Shown here: in pieces, positions 1 to 11,106 of the stretch
How the letters are laid out: the number at the start of each line of letters is the position of its first letter
How positions within the stretch are numbered: position 1 is the stretch's first letter
Position numbers and translations under genes: made by a program
Assembly (NCBI GenBank): GCA_963720375.1
Contig: CAVRFM010000006.1
Location: 4,594 to 68,593 of the forward strand
Length of the DNA: 64,000 nucleotides
Reading direction: 5' to 3'
Source: an uncultured Chloroflexia bacterium
GTDB lineage: Bacteria > Chloroflexota > Dehalococcoidia > UBA2247 > RBG-13-53-26
Notes under the pieces: model-generated
Told to the model about the DNA's origin: nothing
What the model saw: the letters and a program-made list of their open reading frames with translations, nothing else
Databases searched by the model: none

Positions 1-793
1 TGCTGTTGCTGATCATCTGGTCCTCGATCAATACATGGCAGCTCAAAGCATACATGCCGGAGGTTATCGTCCACAAATGCACATCATGGATATCCTTCAC
101 GCCCTTTATCCGGCCGACCGCAGTGCTGATCCGGGCCACATCGAGATGCTTGGGGACGGCCTCCAGGAGAATATCGCTCGATTCCCAAACCAGCGCTACC
201 GCCCCTCTCAGGATCAATAGCCCGATGAGGATACTGATGATAGGGTCGGCGGTAGTCCACCCCGTAACCAGAATGATAATGCCGGCAGCAATCACTCCTA
301 TGGAGGAGATGGTATCACTCCACATATGCAGAAAGGCGCCCCTGACGTTCAGGTTGCCGCGGCTTGCGGAGCGCAGTACCAGAATGCCCACCATGTTGGC
401 CACCAATCCGATTGCTGCCACCGTCAGCATCAGCCCGCCCCGCACCTCGGGCGGCGTAACGAAGCGCCGGTATGCCTGATAGAATATGTAGACGCTTATG
501 AGGATCAATATGGCCCCGTTCGCCAGAGCGGCCAGGACCTCTGCCCTGTGAAAGCCGTAGGTCCTGTTCTGGCTGGCCGGCCTCCTGGCAAGGGTGAGAG
601 CAAAAAGGCTCAAGCCCAGGGCCAGGGTATCGGTGAACATGTGACCGGCATCGCCGAGCAGGGCCAGGCTGTTGCTCAGGACTCCGCCAACCAGCTCGAC
701 TACGGTCATCAAAGCCGTGATCGCCAGGGCAATCAGCAACCGGCGCTGATTGGTGGTTATTGTTGAATGGCGCTCATGAGCATGCTCAGTCAT
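1..793 (-). CDS. czcD: Cation diffusion facilitator (CzcD/ZitB-type metal exporter), 3' end runs off the window
   Basis: Manual minus-strand translation from ATG 793: MTEHAHERH...SNSLALLGDAGHMFTD...TYGFHRAEVLAAL...NLNVRGAFLHMWSD...IHDVHLWTITSG, typical CDF motifs. Missing from the ORF track because there is no stop in the window. Confidence 0.9.
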   Translation of the reverse strand, partial: MTEHAHERHSTITTNQRRLLIALAITALMTVVELVGGVLSNSLALLGDAGHMFTDTLALGLSLFALTLARRPASQNRTYGFHRAEVLAALANGAILILISVYIFYQAYRRFVTPPEVRGGLMLTVAAIGLVANMVGILVLRSASRGNLNVRGAFLHMWSDTISSIGVIAAGIIILVTGWTTADPIISILIGLLILRGAVALVWESSDILLEAVPKHLDVARISTAVGRIKGVKDIHDVHLWTITSGMYALSCHVLIEDQMISNS

Positions 794-851
794 ATCGACC
801 CTATATCTTCATCCCATCCGCTCGTTGTTGTCAAACGTCCTCTCTGCTCCC

Positions 852-983
852 TCTGCGGACGGGCGGGATACGGAACCGGGGCCCATGTTCATCTGTGAGG
901 TGTGCGGCCATACTGTGGAGGGGAAGGCCCCTGACAGATGCCCGGTATGCCAGGCTCCCAGGACGAAGTCCCGGAAGTTCTGA
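852..983 (+). pseudogene. Remnant of a rubrerythrin C-terminal rubredoxin-like domain
   Basis: Reads ...GRDTEPGPMFICEVCGHTVEGKAPDRCPVCQAPRTKSRKF* (two CxxC). No N-terminal ferritin-like domain upstream. Confidence 0.55.
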
Positions 984-985
984 AG

Positions 986-2880
986 CTATATAGCCGGAAT
1001 CCACACGGCAGGTGTTATCTTCAGCTTAGTACCGTCAGGTCGCCGGCGCTGAGCAGTCTCATCCCCCTGATGGCTACTACCTGCCCGCCGGCATTCTTTT
1101 TCCTTCATATTCTCCGGCAGCAGGGAGAGGTACTGCTGCACCATGGAGTAGCTCTGCGCATACTCTGTGGTTGAGGTAAGAAAGTCCCAGGTAAGCCGCA
1201 GCGGCACTGCCATTACCCTTATGGAATGGTTGCTGATATATTTGTCCGCGCTTAGCGGGGGAGAGAAGCACTCCCCGCCGATGACAATAATATCCCCGGT
1301 GCCATCAGAGATCTCGAAACCGCCGAAACCATCCGGGATCCCCAGCAATGTCGATGGCCCGATGGCAGCAAAGGTTACCGTGCCTTCCAGAGTGACGTAT
1401 GAACCCTCATAGGTCGTGAAATGGGAATAGAGCTCGGCTATGGACACCTTCCGGTCTGCGCTCACTTTGACTTCCATTTCCCGGCTGAAGCTCCCGGAAT
1501 CGTCGGTGGCAGTCAGGGTGATCTGGTGATAGCCATCTGCCACGGAGGACGTATCCCAGGTTGCGGTGGCCGTGGCCCAGGGCGTTCCCTCCTTGACCTC
1601 CATCGCAACGGCCGCACCGCCGTCGATCTGGTAGCTCGCTTCGGAAATGGAGCCGTGCTCGCTGAATACCCTGGCGGTCAGTTGCAACTGTCCGGTCACT
1701 ACCGGCCAGCTCGCGTAGGCCGCATCGCGCAAGTCGAGGTCTATCACCTGATCGCTCCCTGTTCCCTTGTAAAGGCTGTCAACTTCCTTGCCGCTGACCG
1801 AAACGAGGCGATAGCCGGCGGGACTTCCATCAGGGCAGTCGCCATACCACCACTCCCCGGAGACCGCCCCGGTAAGCTGCTCGGAGATGCTCTTCACCTG
1901 GGATGCGGTAGAAACCGGGACCCGGGGGGTGCGGTGATATCCTGATGCAGGTGTCCGCAGAATGCGTTCACCTGATGCTTGCCGAGTATTTCCAGGAACT
2001 GGTCGCGGTTCTGCCAGCTCGTGGTTGGCTCGTGATAGAAGAGCAGGAGAGGGCTATCCTTGCGGAAGCTCAGGTCTTCCTTCAGCCACTGCAGTTGAGT
2101 CTCCGATATCTGGTAGACCTGCTTTCCATCGACCAGGTCATTCGGGTCGAGGACGATGCAGTGGTACTGCCCCCAGTCGAAGGAGTAGTAGGAGGGGCCG
2201 AAGAGGCTGGTGTATATCCCTTCCCCATATCCGGGGTCGGTGCTGGCAACATCACTGCGGTTTATGCCAACGACGTCATGGTTCCCCACCGCATTGAAAA
2301 CGGTAATGCCAAGATCGGCTATGGCATTCTTGTACATGTCGAACCACTGCTGGGCCTGGGCGACGGTGGCAGTATTGCCTTCGGCAATGAGGTCGCCGGT
2401 GGCGATGACAAAGGCCGGTGAAAGCCCCTTCAGTTCTGCCGTGACTTCATTGAAGTCCGAGAGATGGTTTGCGTCCAGGTGGATATCGGTTATCTGGGCA
2501 AAGGTGAAGTCGGAGGCATTCTTCTCCGGCGTATGCTGCAGGCCGAAGTCGAATTCGCCGTCGGCAATGCGGCGATACCAGGGGCCGGTCGGCGTGTAAT
2601 CGCGAGGGATGGTGATGAAAACGAGATTGCCCACTGAGGAGAGATTGTATTCGCCCCCTTTGTTGGTGGTGCGTGACAGTGTTCCGTTGGAGACAAGGAC
2701 GTTAGGGACGCCTGGCTCACCTTGGTCTTTGATGCCGTTGCCATTAAGGTCTTCGAAGACTGTGCCGGAAATCCCTTGAGGGAACTCCGGGCCGGAGGCA
2801 CAGCCGGAGACAGTGGGGACGATGAGCGCCAGAAGAATCAGGAGTATTGCCGCATATCTTAAGGCCATCTCTCTTAACAC
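986..2880 (-). CDS. Secreted calcineurin-like metallophosphoesterase lipoprotein (Cna-B-like N-terminus, Ig-like C-terminus), one frameshift near 1925
   Basis: Signal peptide ending SGC; DIH, GD, GNHD, H-E and GHLH motifs. The frame change at a C-run joins the 1894..2880 ORF to the 986..1897 ORF (GAVSGEWW...PDGSPAGY). Confidence 0.75.
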
Positions 2881-3019
2881 TCCTTCGATCGAAGACTTGC
2901 CCGCCGTGCGCCACTGCGGGAGGCCACTGCGGGCTGACGCTGGCTGGTGACATCATAGCACACTATATTGGTGATGCGCCAAGGCATCCGCAGTCCGGAA
3001 TGACAATAGGTGTGACGGG

Positions 3020-3200
3020 CGGTTCTCGAACCGCCCCTACGGTTGTCACCCCACCGATTCACATATCATTCCTGCATAAGCTTGCCCCCATGAAAATGGA
3101 GGCAGGAATCCACCCATGCTCCCTCCCCTGGCGGGAGGGAGGCAGAGGGAGGGGACATTGCAGATATCCCCGCCTGGATTCCCACTTGCGTGGGAATGAC
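3020..3200. repeat. REP-like palindrome cluster
   Basis: GTAG-type stem (reverse), CCCTCCC..GGGAGGG stem and ATTCCC-N8-GGGAAT at 3178-3197. Confidence 0.7.
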
Positions 3201-3583
3201 GCAAAGCGTAACACTATCCACGGATTGAGGCACAATCCACACGGAGGTTGACACCTGCATACTGTTAATGTACGATTATATCGTAATAGTATATGATGTA
3301 TGGGCTGTAATCGTACTGTTAGTGCATTTTGGGCCAAGGGGGTCGAGGGGTGTCATGAATCCAGTGAGAAGGTCCTTTGTTTCATCCCTTGTGCTGTGTT
3401 CCTTGCCGCATCCGCACTAAATGCACAAGCCATGTCATTCAACGCGCCAGTGAACTATGTGGTCAGATTCAGATATGGGTATGGGGGTAGAAAGAGATGA
3501 AAGAACTTGTCAAAGCGAGGATGTTTATCGGGACAAGAATAAGGCAGAAACTGGAAGGATTGAGGAACACTAAGGAGATAATC

Positions 3584-6500
3584 ATGTCAGAACCCGGAAA
3601 TATTATGCGGCTAATCATCGGAGTTCTCCTACTCCCTCTCTTAGTGATGATGCTTCTGCTGATGACTCCTCCTCCCCCTGCCATGGCGGGTACCATTTCT
3701 GGCGGCTTCACCACCCTGACAGCTTCTCCCATGAACATAACTTGTTTTACAGTCGATCCAACAACAGGATTAATGTACGGACAGGGGGATCAGAGTAGCA
3801 CCAACTATTACAGATATGATCCCTCATCAAACCTGTGGTCTACGCTGGCGTCCTGTCCCATCTCCTCGGGGAACAATGGCGGTGCTACCTATATGGATGG
3901 CAAAATATATAACAGTTATTGCACTCATACCGACATGATGGTATACGATATCGCATCCAACACATGGTCAACAATAGCTGGGGGACTGCAGAGCGGAAAC
4001 ATCGCAAATGATGGAACAGATATCTACGTTTCGGCAAATAACTCCTTCAAGAAATGGGATATCAGCGCCAGCCAGTGGGTATCACTCACTGCCACAACCA
4101 CTCAAGCCTGGGGTGGCTTACAATACCATAATGGTTATTTCTATTCTCACGCGGGTAATGGATCCACTTCTTTTAAGAGATATAGTGTCGCCACCGATAC
4201 CTGGGAAAATCTGACCGCTGTCCCGGGTGGAGCGGTCCTTGGTTCGGCAATATTCGATGCCTACTACTACTGTATGGGCTCGTACGGCGGGACAAACCTG
4301 TACTCCTATGACCTGGGCGCCGGAGAGTGGAACAACACTCTGACGCTCCCTTTTACCATTAACGACACCTCTATAGTCGTCTACAATAATTCGTTATATA
4401 TTGTTCAGGGAGAGGCCGGGACTGGCTTTACAAAGTTCACTCCCAATAATCCTATCCTCTCAAGCATCGAAGGAACTTCAATTGCCTATACCATTGGTGA
4501 TGGAGCTGTTGTGATCACCTCAACTATCGTCGGGGCTGATAATGATGACACCAATTTTGAAAGCGGGACCGTTTCGATCACCGGTAATTTCGAAACCGGA
4601 AAGGATGTCTTAGCTTTTGTTGATCAAAACGGTATCTCGGGGAGCTGGAATTCCATAACCGGAGTGCTGACACTCACCGGTTCGGCGACCATTGCCAACT
4701 GGAATACCGCCTTAAGAAGTGTGACTTACTCCAATAATTCCTTAGCTTCAACAGAAAACACGCGGACCGTTTCTTTTCAGGTTAGAGACGGGGAGCAAAA
4801 TTCCAATGTTCAGACAAGAAGTATCGTTGTTACCGTTGCACCCGCCGTGACGCTGACCTCTACGGCCACCTCTCCCACGAATACCTCGCCTATACCCATG
4901 ACGGCCACCTTCAGCGAGGCGGTCACCGGGTTTGTCATCGGCGATATCACCGTGGGCAATGGCACAGCCGACAACTTCGTGGCCGTGAGCGGCACGGTCT
5001 ACACCTTCGATGTGACTCCTTCCGGGCAGGGCGCGGTCACCGTGGATGTGGCTGCCGGCGTGGCCCAGGATGCCGCTCTTAACAACAATACCGCGGCTAC
5101 TCAGTTCAGCATTACCTATGACAGCGTGGCCCCCACGGTCACGCTGACCTCTACGGCCACTTCTCCCACCAAGGTCTCGCCCATCCCCATGACGGCCACC
5201 TTCAGCGAGGCGGTCACCGGGTTTGTCATCGACGATATCACCATGGGCAACGGCGCAGCCGGCAACTTCGTGGCAGTGAGCAGCACCGTCTACACCTTCG
5301 ATGTGACTCCTTCCGGGCAGGGCGCGGTCATCTGTCGATGTGGCTGCCGGCGTGGCCCAGGATGCTGCTCTTAACCCCAATACCGCCGCTACCCAGTTCA
5401 GCATTACCTATGACAGCACCTCACCCACAGTGACGCTGACCTCTACGGCTTCTTCACCCACCAAGACCTCGCCCATCCCCATGACGGCCACCTTCAGCGA
5501 AGCGGTCACCGGCTTTGTCATCGGCGATATCACCGTGGGCAACGGCACTGCCTCTAACTTCGTGGCGGTGAGCGCCACCATCTACACCTTCGATGTCACT
5601 CCCTCCGGGCAGGGCGCAGTCACCGTGGATGTAGCTGCCGGCGTGGCCCAGGATGCCGCTCTTAACAACAATACCGCGGCCACTCAGTTCAGCATTACCT
5701 ATGACAGCACCTCACCCACCGTGACGCTGACCTCTACGGCTTCTTCACCCACCAAGACCTCGCCCATCCCCATGACGGCCACCTTCAGCGAGGCGGTCAC
5801 CGGGTTTGTCATCGGCGATATCACCGTGGGCAACGGCACTGCCTCCAACTTCGTGGCGGTGAGCGCCACCATCTACACCTTCGACGTCACTCCCTCCGGG
5901 CAGGGCGCAGTCACCGTGGATGTAGCTGCCGGCGTGGCCCAGGATGCCGCTCTTAACAACAATACCGCGGCCACCCAGTTCAGCATTACCTATGACAGCA
6001 CCTCACCCACCGTGACGCTGACCTCTACGGCTTCTTCACCCACCAAGACCTCGCCTATCCCCATGACGGCCACCTTCAGCGAGGCGGTCACCGGGTTTGT
6101 CATCGACGATATCACCGTGGGCAACGGCACTGCCTCCAACTTCGTGGCGGTGAGCGCCACCGTCTACACCTTCGATGTCACTCCCTCCGGGCAGGGCGCG
6201 GTGACTGTGGATGTAGCTGCCGGCGTGGCCCAGGATGCCGCTCTTAACAACAATACCGCGGCCACCCAGTTCAGCATTACCTATGACAATCTCCCGACCA
6301 TAACTTCCTTCACGGCGACCTCGACTGACGAGGGCGATGTGGTGATCATCACCGGCACCGACTTCACCGGGGCAACGGCAGTCAAGTTTGGGGACACGGA
6401 TGCCTTAAGCTTCACTGTCGATTCGGACACCCAGATCACCGCTGTGGTAGGCCATGGTAGCAGCGGGAAGATAACCGTGACCACTGATGGCGGCACTGCC

Positions 6501-6644
6501 ACCTACGCCGACGACTACACCTCACCTGCATCACCTGCAAGACCAGTCAACTGGTGGGTGATTGGCAGCATCATTGGCGGGGTCATTCTGATCGGTGCGA
6601 TTGCATGGTGGCTGATGGTCTTGCGCCCCCGCAGAGCAGGATGA
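3584..6644 (+). CDS. Large surface protein: signal peptide, Kelch-like propeller, cadherin-like domain, 5 bacterial Ig-like repeats, IPT/TIG domain, C-terminal TM anchor; +1 frameshift near 5331
   Basis: AAGGAG RBS before ATG 3584; GG..Y.YD..W repeats; 97-aa repeats; C-terminus NWWVIGSIIGG...RPRRAG. ORFs 3497..5374 and 5340..6644 are one gene. Confidence 0.8.
4847..6290 (+). repeat. Five tandem 291-nt coding repeats (Ig-like domains)
   Basis: Repeat starts at 4847, 5138, 5430, 5721 and 6012 (periods 291, 292, 291, 291). Confidence 0.9.
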
Positions 6645-6890
6645 ACGTCGCCCAGCCTTACCGAAGAGATCGGCACAAGGGAGTGGAGCACTGATTGAGA
6701 GCTCTATTGGGGTATCCTGGGTATTCCGCTGCGTCGCTGCAGCCAGTCTGGCAGGTATGGTGGTATTCAACGTGTTTATGCGGAGGATGTCCCGCTAGGA
6801 TCGCGTCAGGTCATTATCTGCTGATTCGCCAAGTTCCGTGAGTGCCAGGTCCCCGGAAGCTGTCTACTATGTCCACACTGTTGTCATTGC

Positions 6891-7950
6891 TGTAAGTGTT
6901 ACGTAATTCGAGGACAGAATTCAATGAATTGTGCCGGTGTTTTGCCTCCCAGTGCTTGATGCGGACGGTGGTGGTTATAGTAGACCAGGTACTGCATGAG
7001 CTCATCTTTGAATTGCTCGATCGAGTCAAAGGTTGTTTCATGCAAGAGATCCTCTTCAAGAGTTCTCCAAAAGCGCTCCACCTTGCCGTTGGCCTGAGGA
7101 CGATACGGTCGGGTGTAGCGGTGAGTAATGCCCAGTTCTGTGAGCATGCGTTCAAATGGATGCGAGGCCTTCTGCTTGGAATCGCGGGTGCCCACCTCAG
7201 GACCATTATCTGTGAGCACTTCTTTGAACCGGAGTGTATAGCGGTCAGCCAGGATGTTCAGACAGCGTAGAGCGGCAAACATCACAGTGAGTGCCTTGAT
7301 ATCATCGACCACCTCAGCCCAAGCCACGCGCGTGCAGGAGTCGATGACACAGACCAGGTAACGCCGCTTGCTCTCGTTCAGGACGAGGCATTTGGAGAGA
7401 TGATGGCAGTCGACATGTGCCAACTCCCCAGCTTTCTCCTTGATTATGGTGCGTTTGGCTTCTTTCATGACGGGTCGTAATCGGTTCAACCCCTGGCGCT
7501 TGAGGATGGTGTACACCCCTGATGGCGAGGGTGTCAACTCACCTAGCTTTGGCCTGAGGACACTCACGATCTCATAGCGGTTCATCCCCCTCTCGCGCAG
7601 TGTCCTGACCTGCTCCTCAACAAGGTCGGGAGCTCGGCGGGTTTTCCATTTGGGTCCCCGTTTACGCGGTAGCAGATCCTCCTCTTTCCCACTGTGAAGA
7701 TAGCGATTGTAATATTTGCGGAAGCTCCTCCGGTCTGTGTCGTGGAAGGCATAGAACTCCTGGGCAAAGCGAAACCGTGGGTGCTTCCCAGCCTTGACCA
7801 ATTCATACTCCCGAATCAGGAATCGGTACTTCTGAAGGTAGTTCCTCTTAATGGTCTCATCTTGACTGTTGTTCCTCATCGACGAAAAGCCTCCTTCCCA
7901 GCACATGCTGGTTAGTAGCATTTTCGTCCCCGAAATATGTAACATCTACA
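6891..7950 (-). mobile_element. IS481-family insertion sequence, copy 1 (1060 bp, TGT...ACA ends, 5-bp TSD ATTGC)
   Basis: Imperfect terminal IRs TGTAGATGTTACAT / TGTAAGTGTTACGT; ATTGC at 6886-6890 and 7951-7955. Confidence 0.9.
6899..7879 (-). CDS. IS481-family DDE transposase
   Basis: HVD..D..TDNGPE..HRYTRPYRPQANGKVERF..YN..RPHQALGGKTP; AGGAGG RBS before MRNNSQ. Confidence 0.92.
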   Translation of the reverse strand: MRNNSQDETIKRNYLQKYRFLIREYELVKAGKHPRFRFAQEFYAFHDTDRRSFRKYYNRYLHSGKEEDLLPRKRGPKWKTRRAPDLVEEQVRTLRERGMNRYEIVSVLRPKLGELTPSPSGVYTILKRQGLNRLRPVMKEAKRTIIKEKAGELAHVDCHHLSKCLVLNESKRRYLVCVIDSCTRVAWAEVVDDIKALTVMFAALRCLNILADRYTLRFKEVLTDNGPEVGTRDSKQKASHPFERMLTELGITHRYTRPYRPQANGKVERFWRTLEEDLLHETTFDSIEQFKDELMQYLVYYNHHRPHQALGGKTPAQFIEFCPRIT

Positions 7951-8042
7951 ATTGCGAGGAGGCCTTCATCAGAAGGACGACGAAGCAATCTCGGGGTGGT
8001 GCTTCTTCACCGGAAGCTGATTCTTATGCAGTCAAGAAGGGT

Positions 8043-8072
8043 TTGCCCTTTGACTTTACGGTGTGATATACT
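8043..8072 (+). promoter_or_regulatory. Probable sigma70 promoter of the cobamide operon
   Basis: TTGCCC-N18-TATACT with extended -10 TG, directly upstream of the riboswitch. Confidence 0.45.
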
Positions 8073-8094
8073 TTCCCAAAATTGAATAAGAGAC

Positions 8095-8210
8095 GCAGGG
8101 GTGCCCCGACGGTGACTAGGGGCTTAATTGGGTAGCAAGTCCGGTGAGATTCCGGAGCAGGCCCGCCTGCTGTAACTCGCCTTAGGCGAGAAGCCAGAAC
8201 GCCCACCCCT
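8095..8210 (+). ncRNA. Cobalamin riboswitch
   Basis: GGTG..TTAATTGGG..TCCGGTGAGATTCCGGAGC..GCCCGC.TGCTGTAA..hairpin..AAGCCAGAACGCC, upstream of btuF/cob genes. Confidence 0.85.
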
Positions 8211-8335
8211 ATCCGTCCTGAAGCCTCCGCTGGGAAAGGGGGTGGGACTATGACCCGGGCACCGTGATAATCCCCTTGGCCTTCCGGACAAGGGGATTTA
8301 TTTTTTCCGGTTTCCAAGCTATTGAGGAGGTTCAA

Positions 8336-9250
8336 TTGAAGAGATTAATTTCTATTCTATTTTTATTTCTGTTGCTGCTTATAGCGCTTCCTGCATCGGC
8401 TTTGAGATGTGGCTCTGAGCCAACGGCCATCACTGCCGTGGACGATGCGTCGAGAGAGGTCCACATTGCACAAACGCCCCAGAGGGTGGTCTCTCTGGCA
8501 CCCAGCATCACGGAGATCCTCTTTGCTGCCGGTCTTGGCGATAAGGTGGTTGGCGTCACTGACGACTGCGACTACCCTGATGCAGCCAAGGCCAAGCCTA
8601 AAGTCGGCGGGTATTTCACTACCAGCCTGGAGGAGATCCTGGATAAGAACCCGGACCTCATCCTGACGGACGGCTATGATCCGGTGACGCAGCAGCTTGA
8701 GGGGTTGGACATCCCCGTGCTCGTTCTTCAGCCGAATGACATCGACGGTATCTTCAAGGACATCAATCTGGTGGGCAAGGTGATGAACAAGGAAAAGGAG
8801 GCAGCCAGTCTGGTGGACAGCCTCCAACAACGGCTGGACAAAGTGGCTGAAATTAAAGCCGGCGCAACCGGCAGTCCGACTGTGTTTTACGAAATAGATG
8901 CTACCGACCCGACCAAGCCCTGGACTGCAGGGCCGGGCTCGTTTGCGGATATCCTGATTTCCCTGGCGGGTGGCAGCAACATCGTCACGGGGGGCGGGAG
9001 CTGGCTGCAAATCAGCCTTGAGGACCTGCTCTCTGCCGACCCGGATATCATCATCCTGGGCGACTACCCCTATGTGACTCCGGAGCAGGTGGAGGCGAGA
9101 AGTGGCGTCTGGCAGGATCTGACGGCAGTCAAGCTGGGAAAGGTCTATGCAGTCAGCGACCCCAGCCTGACCAGCCGCCCCGGGCCCCGCATCATCGATG
9201 GGCTGGAGGAGATTGCCAGAATGATCCACCCTGAGTTGTTCCCTTCCTAG
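8336..9250 (+). CDS. btuF: Cobalamin ABC transporter substrate-binding protein
   Basis: QRVVSLAPSITEILFA, VGVTDDCDYP, SRPGPRIIDGLE; TTG start after GAGGAGG. Confidence 0.88.
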   Translation: MKRLISILFLFLLLLIALPASALRCGSEPTAITAVDDASREVHIAQTPQRVVSLAPSITEILFAAGLGDKVVGVTDDCDYPDAAKAKPKVGGYFTTSLEEILDKNPDLILTDGYDPVTQQLEGLDIPVLVLQPNDIDGIFKDINLVGKVMNKEKEAASLVDSLQQRLDKVAEIKAGATGSPTVFYEIDATDPTKPWTAGPGSFADILISLAGGSNIVTGGGSWLQISLEDLLSADPDIIILGDYPYVTPEQVEARSGVWQDLTAVKLGKVYAVSDPSLTSRPGPRIIDGLEEIARMIHPELFPS

Positions 9251-9277
9251 CTGACCATGAAAAGGGGAGTTGATGCG

Positions 9278-10357
9278 ATGAAAAGACAAAGTGAAGAAGT
9301 GATCCGGAATACGGTCAATGCCATAGCACCGCTGGATGAGGCAGCGATGGCGCAAGCCGGGGCCAGGCAGGACCAACTTACCAAACCGAGGGGAAGCCTG
9401 GGCAGGCTGGAGGAGCTGTCCATCCGGATGGCCGGCATCAGACGGGAGGCGGTACCACGCCTGGCCCGGAAGGTGATCATCACCATGGCCGGTGATCATG
9501 GTGTGGCCGCCGAGGGTGTAAGCGCCTACCCCCGGGAGGTAACGGCCCAGATGGTTTACAACTTCCTGCAGGGGGGTGCCGCCATAAATGTGCTGGCGCG
9601 CTGCATCGGAGCCAGGATCGTGGTGGTGGATATGGGGGTGGCAGCATCTCTGGCCCCTCATCCACAGCTGATCTTGAAGAAGGTGGGGCCCGGGACGGCC
9701 GATATGGCCAGAGGCCCGGCCATGAGCCGGGAGCAGGCGCTCCAGGCTATCCGGGCCGGCATCGAAGTGTTCGAGGAGGAACTCGGCAAAGGACTGGACA
9801 TCGTTGGCACCGGTGATATGGGCATCGGCAACACCACTCCCTCCAGTGCCATCTGCGCCGTTATAACCGGAGAGCCTGTGGAGGGTGTCACCGGCAGGGG
9901 AACCGGTGTGGATGACGTCCAGCTTTCCCATAAGATAGCGGTGATAAAACAGGCCATCCTGGTAAACCGCCCTGACCCCAAAGACCCGCTGGACGTGCTG
10001 AGCAAGGTGGGTGGCTTTGAGATCGGGGGGTTGGCCGGGGTCATGTTGGGTGCTGCAGCACACCGCATCCCGGTGGTCATCGATGGTTTCATCTCAGGGG
10101 CAGCCGCCCTGATCGCCACCGGGCTGTGCCCGGAGCTGAAAAACTATCTCATCGCCTCCCATGTCTCGGTAGAGGCGGGGCATCAGGCTATCCTCCGCCA
10201 TATGGGACTCAAGCCTTTGCTTGACCTGGACATGAGGCTGGGAGAGGGTACGGGTGCGGCGCTCGGCATCTTCCTGGCTGAAGCAGCCGCCAGGACGCTG
10301 GCGGAGATGGCTACCTTTGCCGAGGCCGGCGTCTCAGAGAAAGAGGAGAACGGCTAA
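9278..10357 (+). CDS. cobT: Nicotinate-nucleotide--dimethylbenzimidazole phosphoribosyltransferase
   Basis: [43 protein letters not shown]. Confidence 0.95.
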   Translation: MKRQSEEVIRNTVNAIAPLDEAAMAQAGARQDQLTKPRGSLGRLEELSIRMAGIRREAVPRLARKVIITMAGDHGVAAEGVSAYPREVTAQMVYNFLQGGAAINVLARCIGARIVVVDMGVAASLAPHPQLILKKVGPGTADMARGPAMSREQALQAIRAGIEVFEEELGKGLDIVGTGDMGIGNTTPSSAICAVITGEPVEGVTGRGTGVDDVQLSHKIAVIKQAILVNRPDPKDPLDVLSKVGGFEIGGLAGVMLGAAAHRIPVVIDGFISGAAALIATGLCPELKNYLIASHVSVEAGHQAILRHMGLKPLLDLDMRLGEGTGAALGIFLAEAAARTLAEMATFAEAGVSEKEENG

Positions 10358-11102
10358 GTGGGCTTTTTCACAGCTTTGAGGTTCCTCACCGTGATACCGC
10401 TGCCGTCACGTCTGCAGGCAGATCCCGGAGAAGGTGGGCCGCTCCCTGGGTTACTTCCCCCTGGTGGGACTCCTCCTGGGGCTGCTCATCATGGGGCTGG
10501 ACCGCGGGCTGGGACGGGTGCTGCCCGTTTCCGTGGTCAGCGGCCTTCTGGTGGTAACCCTGGTGCTGGTCACAGGAGCGATGCACCTCGACGGCTTCAT
10601 CGATACCTGCGACGGCCTTGTTGCCGGCAGAACACCCCAGCAGAGATGGGAGATAATGCGGGACAGCAGGGTGGGAGCCTTCGGCGTGGTGGGGGCCTGC
10701 TGCCTTCTGCTGCTGAAGTACGTTTCACTGGCAGGACTGCCGGAATCATCGAGGATGGGAGCGCTGGTGCTCATGCCCGTCCTGGGCCGCTGGGCAGTCG
10801 TCTGCTCCATATCCGCCTTCCCCTATGCCAGACCCGAGGGTTTGGGCAAGGCGTTCAAGGACGGAGCAACCTGGTGGGGGGTGGCCCTGGCTACCATCAT
10901 CGCCCTGGCCGCCTCCGTGGGATTCCTGCATCTCCAGGGACTGGCAATCATGTTCGGGGTAGGACTGGTGACCTTGATACTGTCTCTCATTCTGAAACGC
11001 AAGTTCGCCGGACTTACCGGCGATAGCTATGGCGCTGTCATTGAGGTTGCAGAGGTAACCGCCGTTATTCTGGCTATCGCTATCCCTTCATGGAGTTGGT
11101 GA
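10358..11102 (+). CDS. cobS: Adenosylcobinamide-GDP ribazoletransferase, frameshift near 10425
   Basis: ALRFLTVIP in one frame, then GAMHLDGFIDTCDG, IMRDSRVGAFG, GLTGDSYGA in the next. Confidence 0.9.
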
Positions 11103-11106
11103 AACT

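Noticed and set aside
3350-3480. Gene fragment reading AASALNAQAMSFNAPVNYVV
   Set aside because: Possibly a decayed signal peptide or FG-GAP remnant, but too short and broken to support.
8363-10063. 566-aa antisense ORF
   Set aside because: It is a shadow of btuF/cobT in GC-rich DNA with no recognisable motifs. The same applies to 6..479, 4748..5404, 49708..50421 and 50710..51774.
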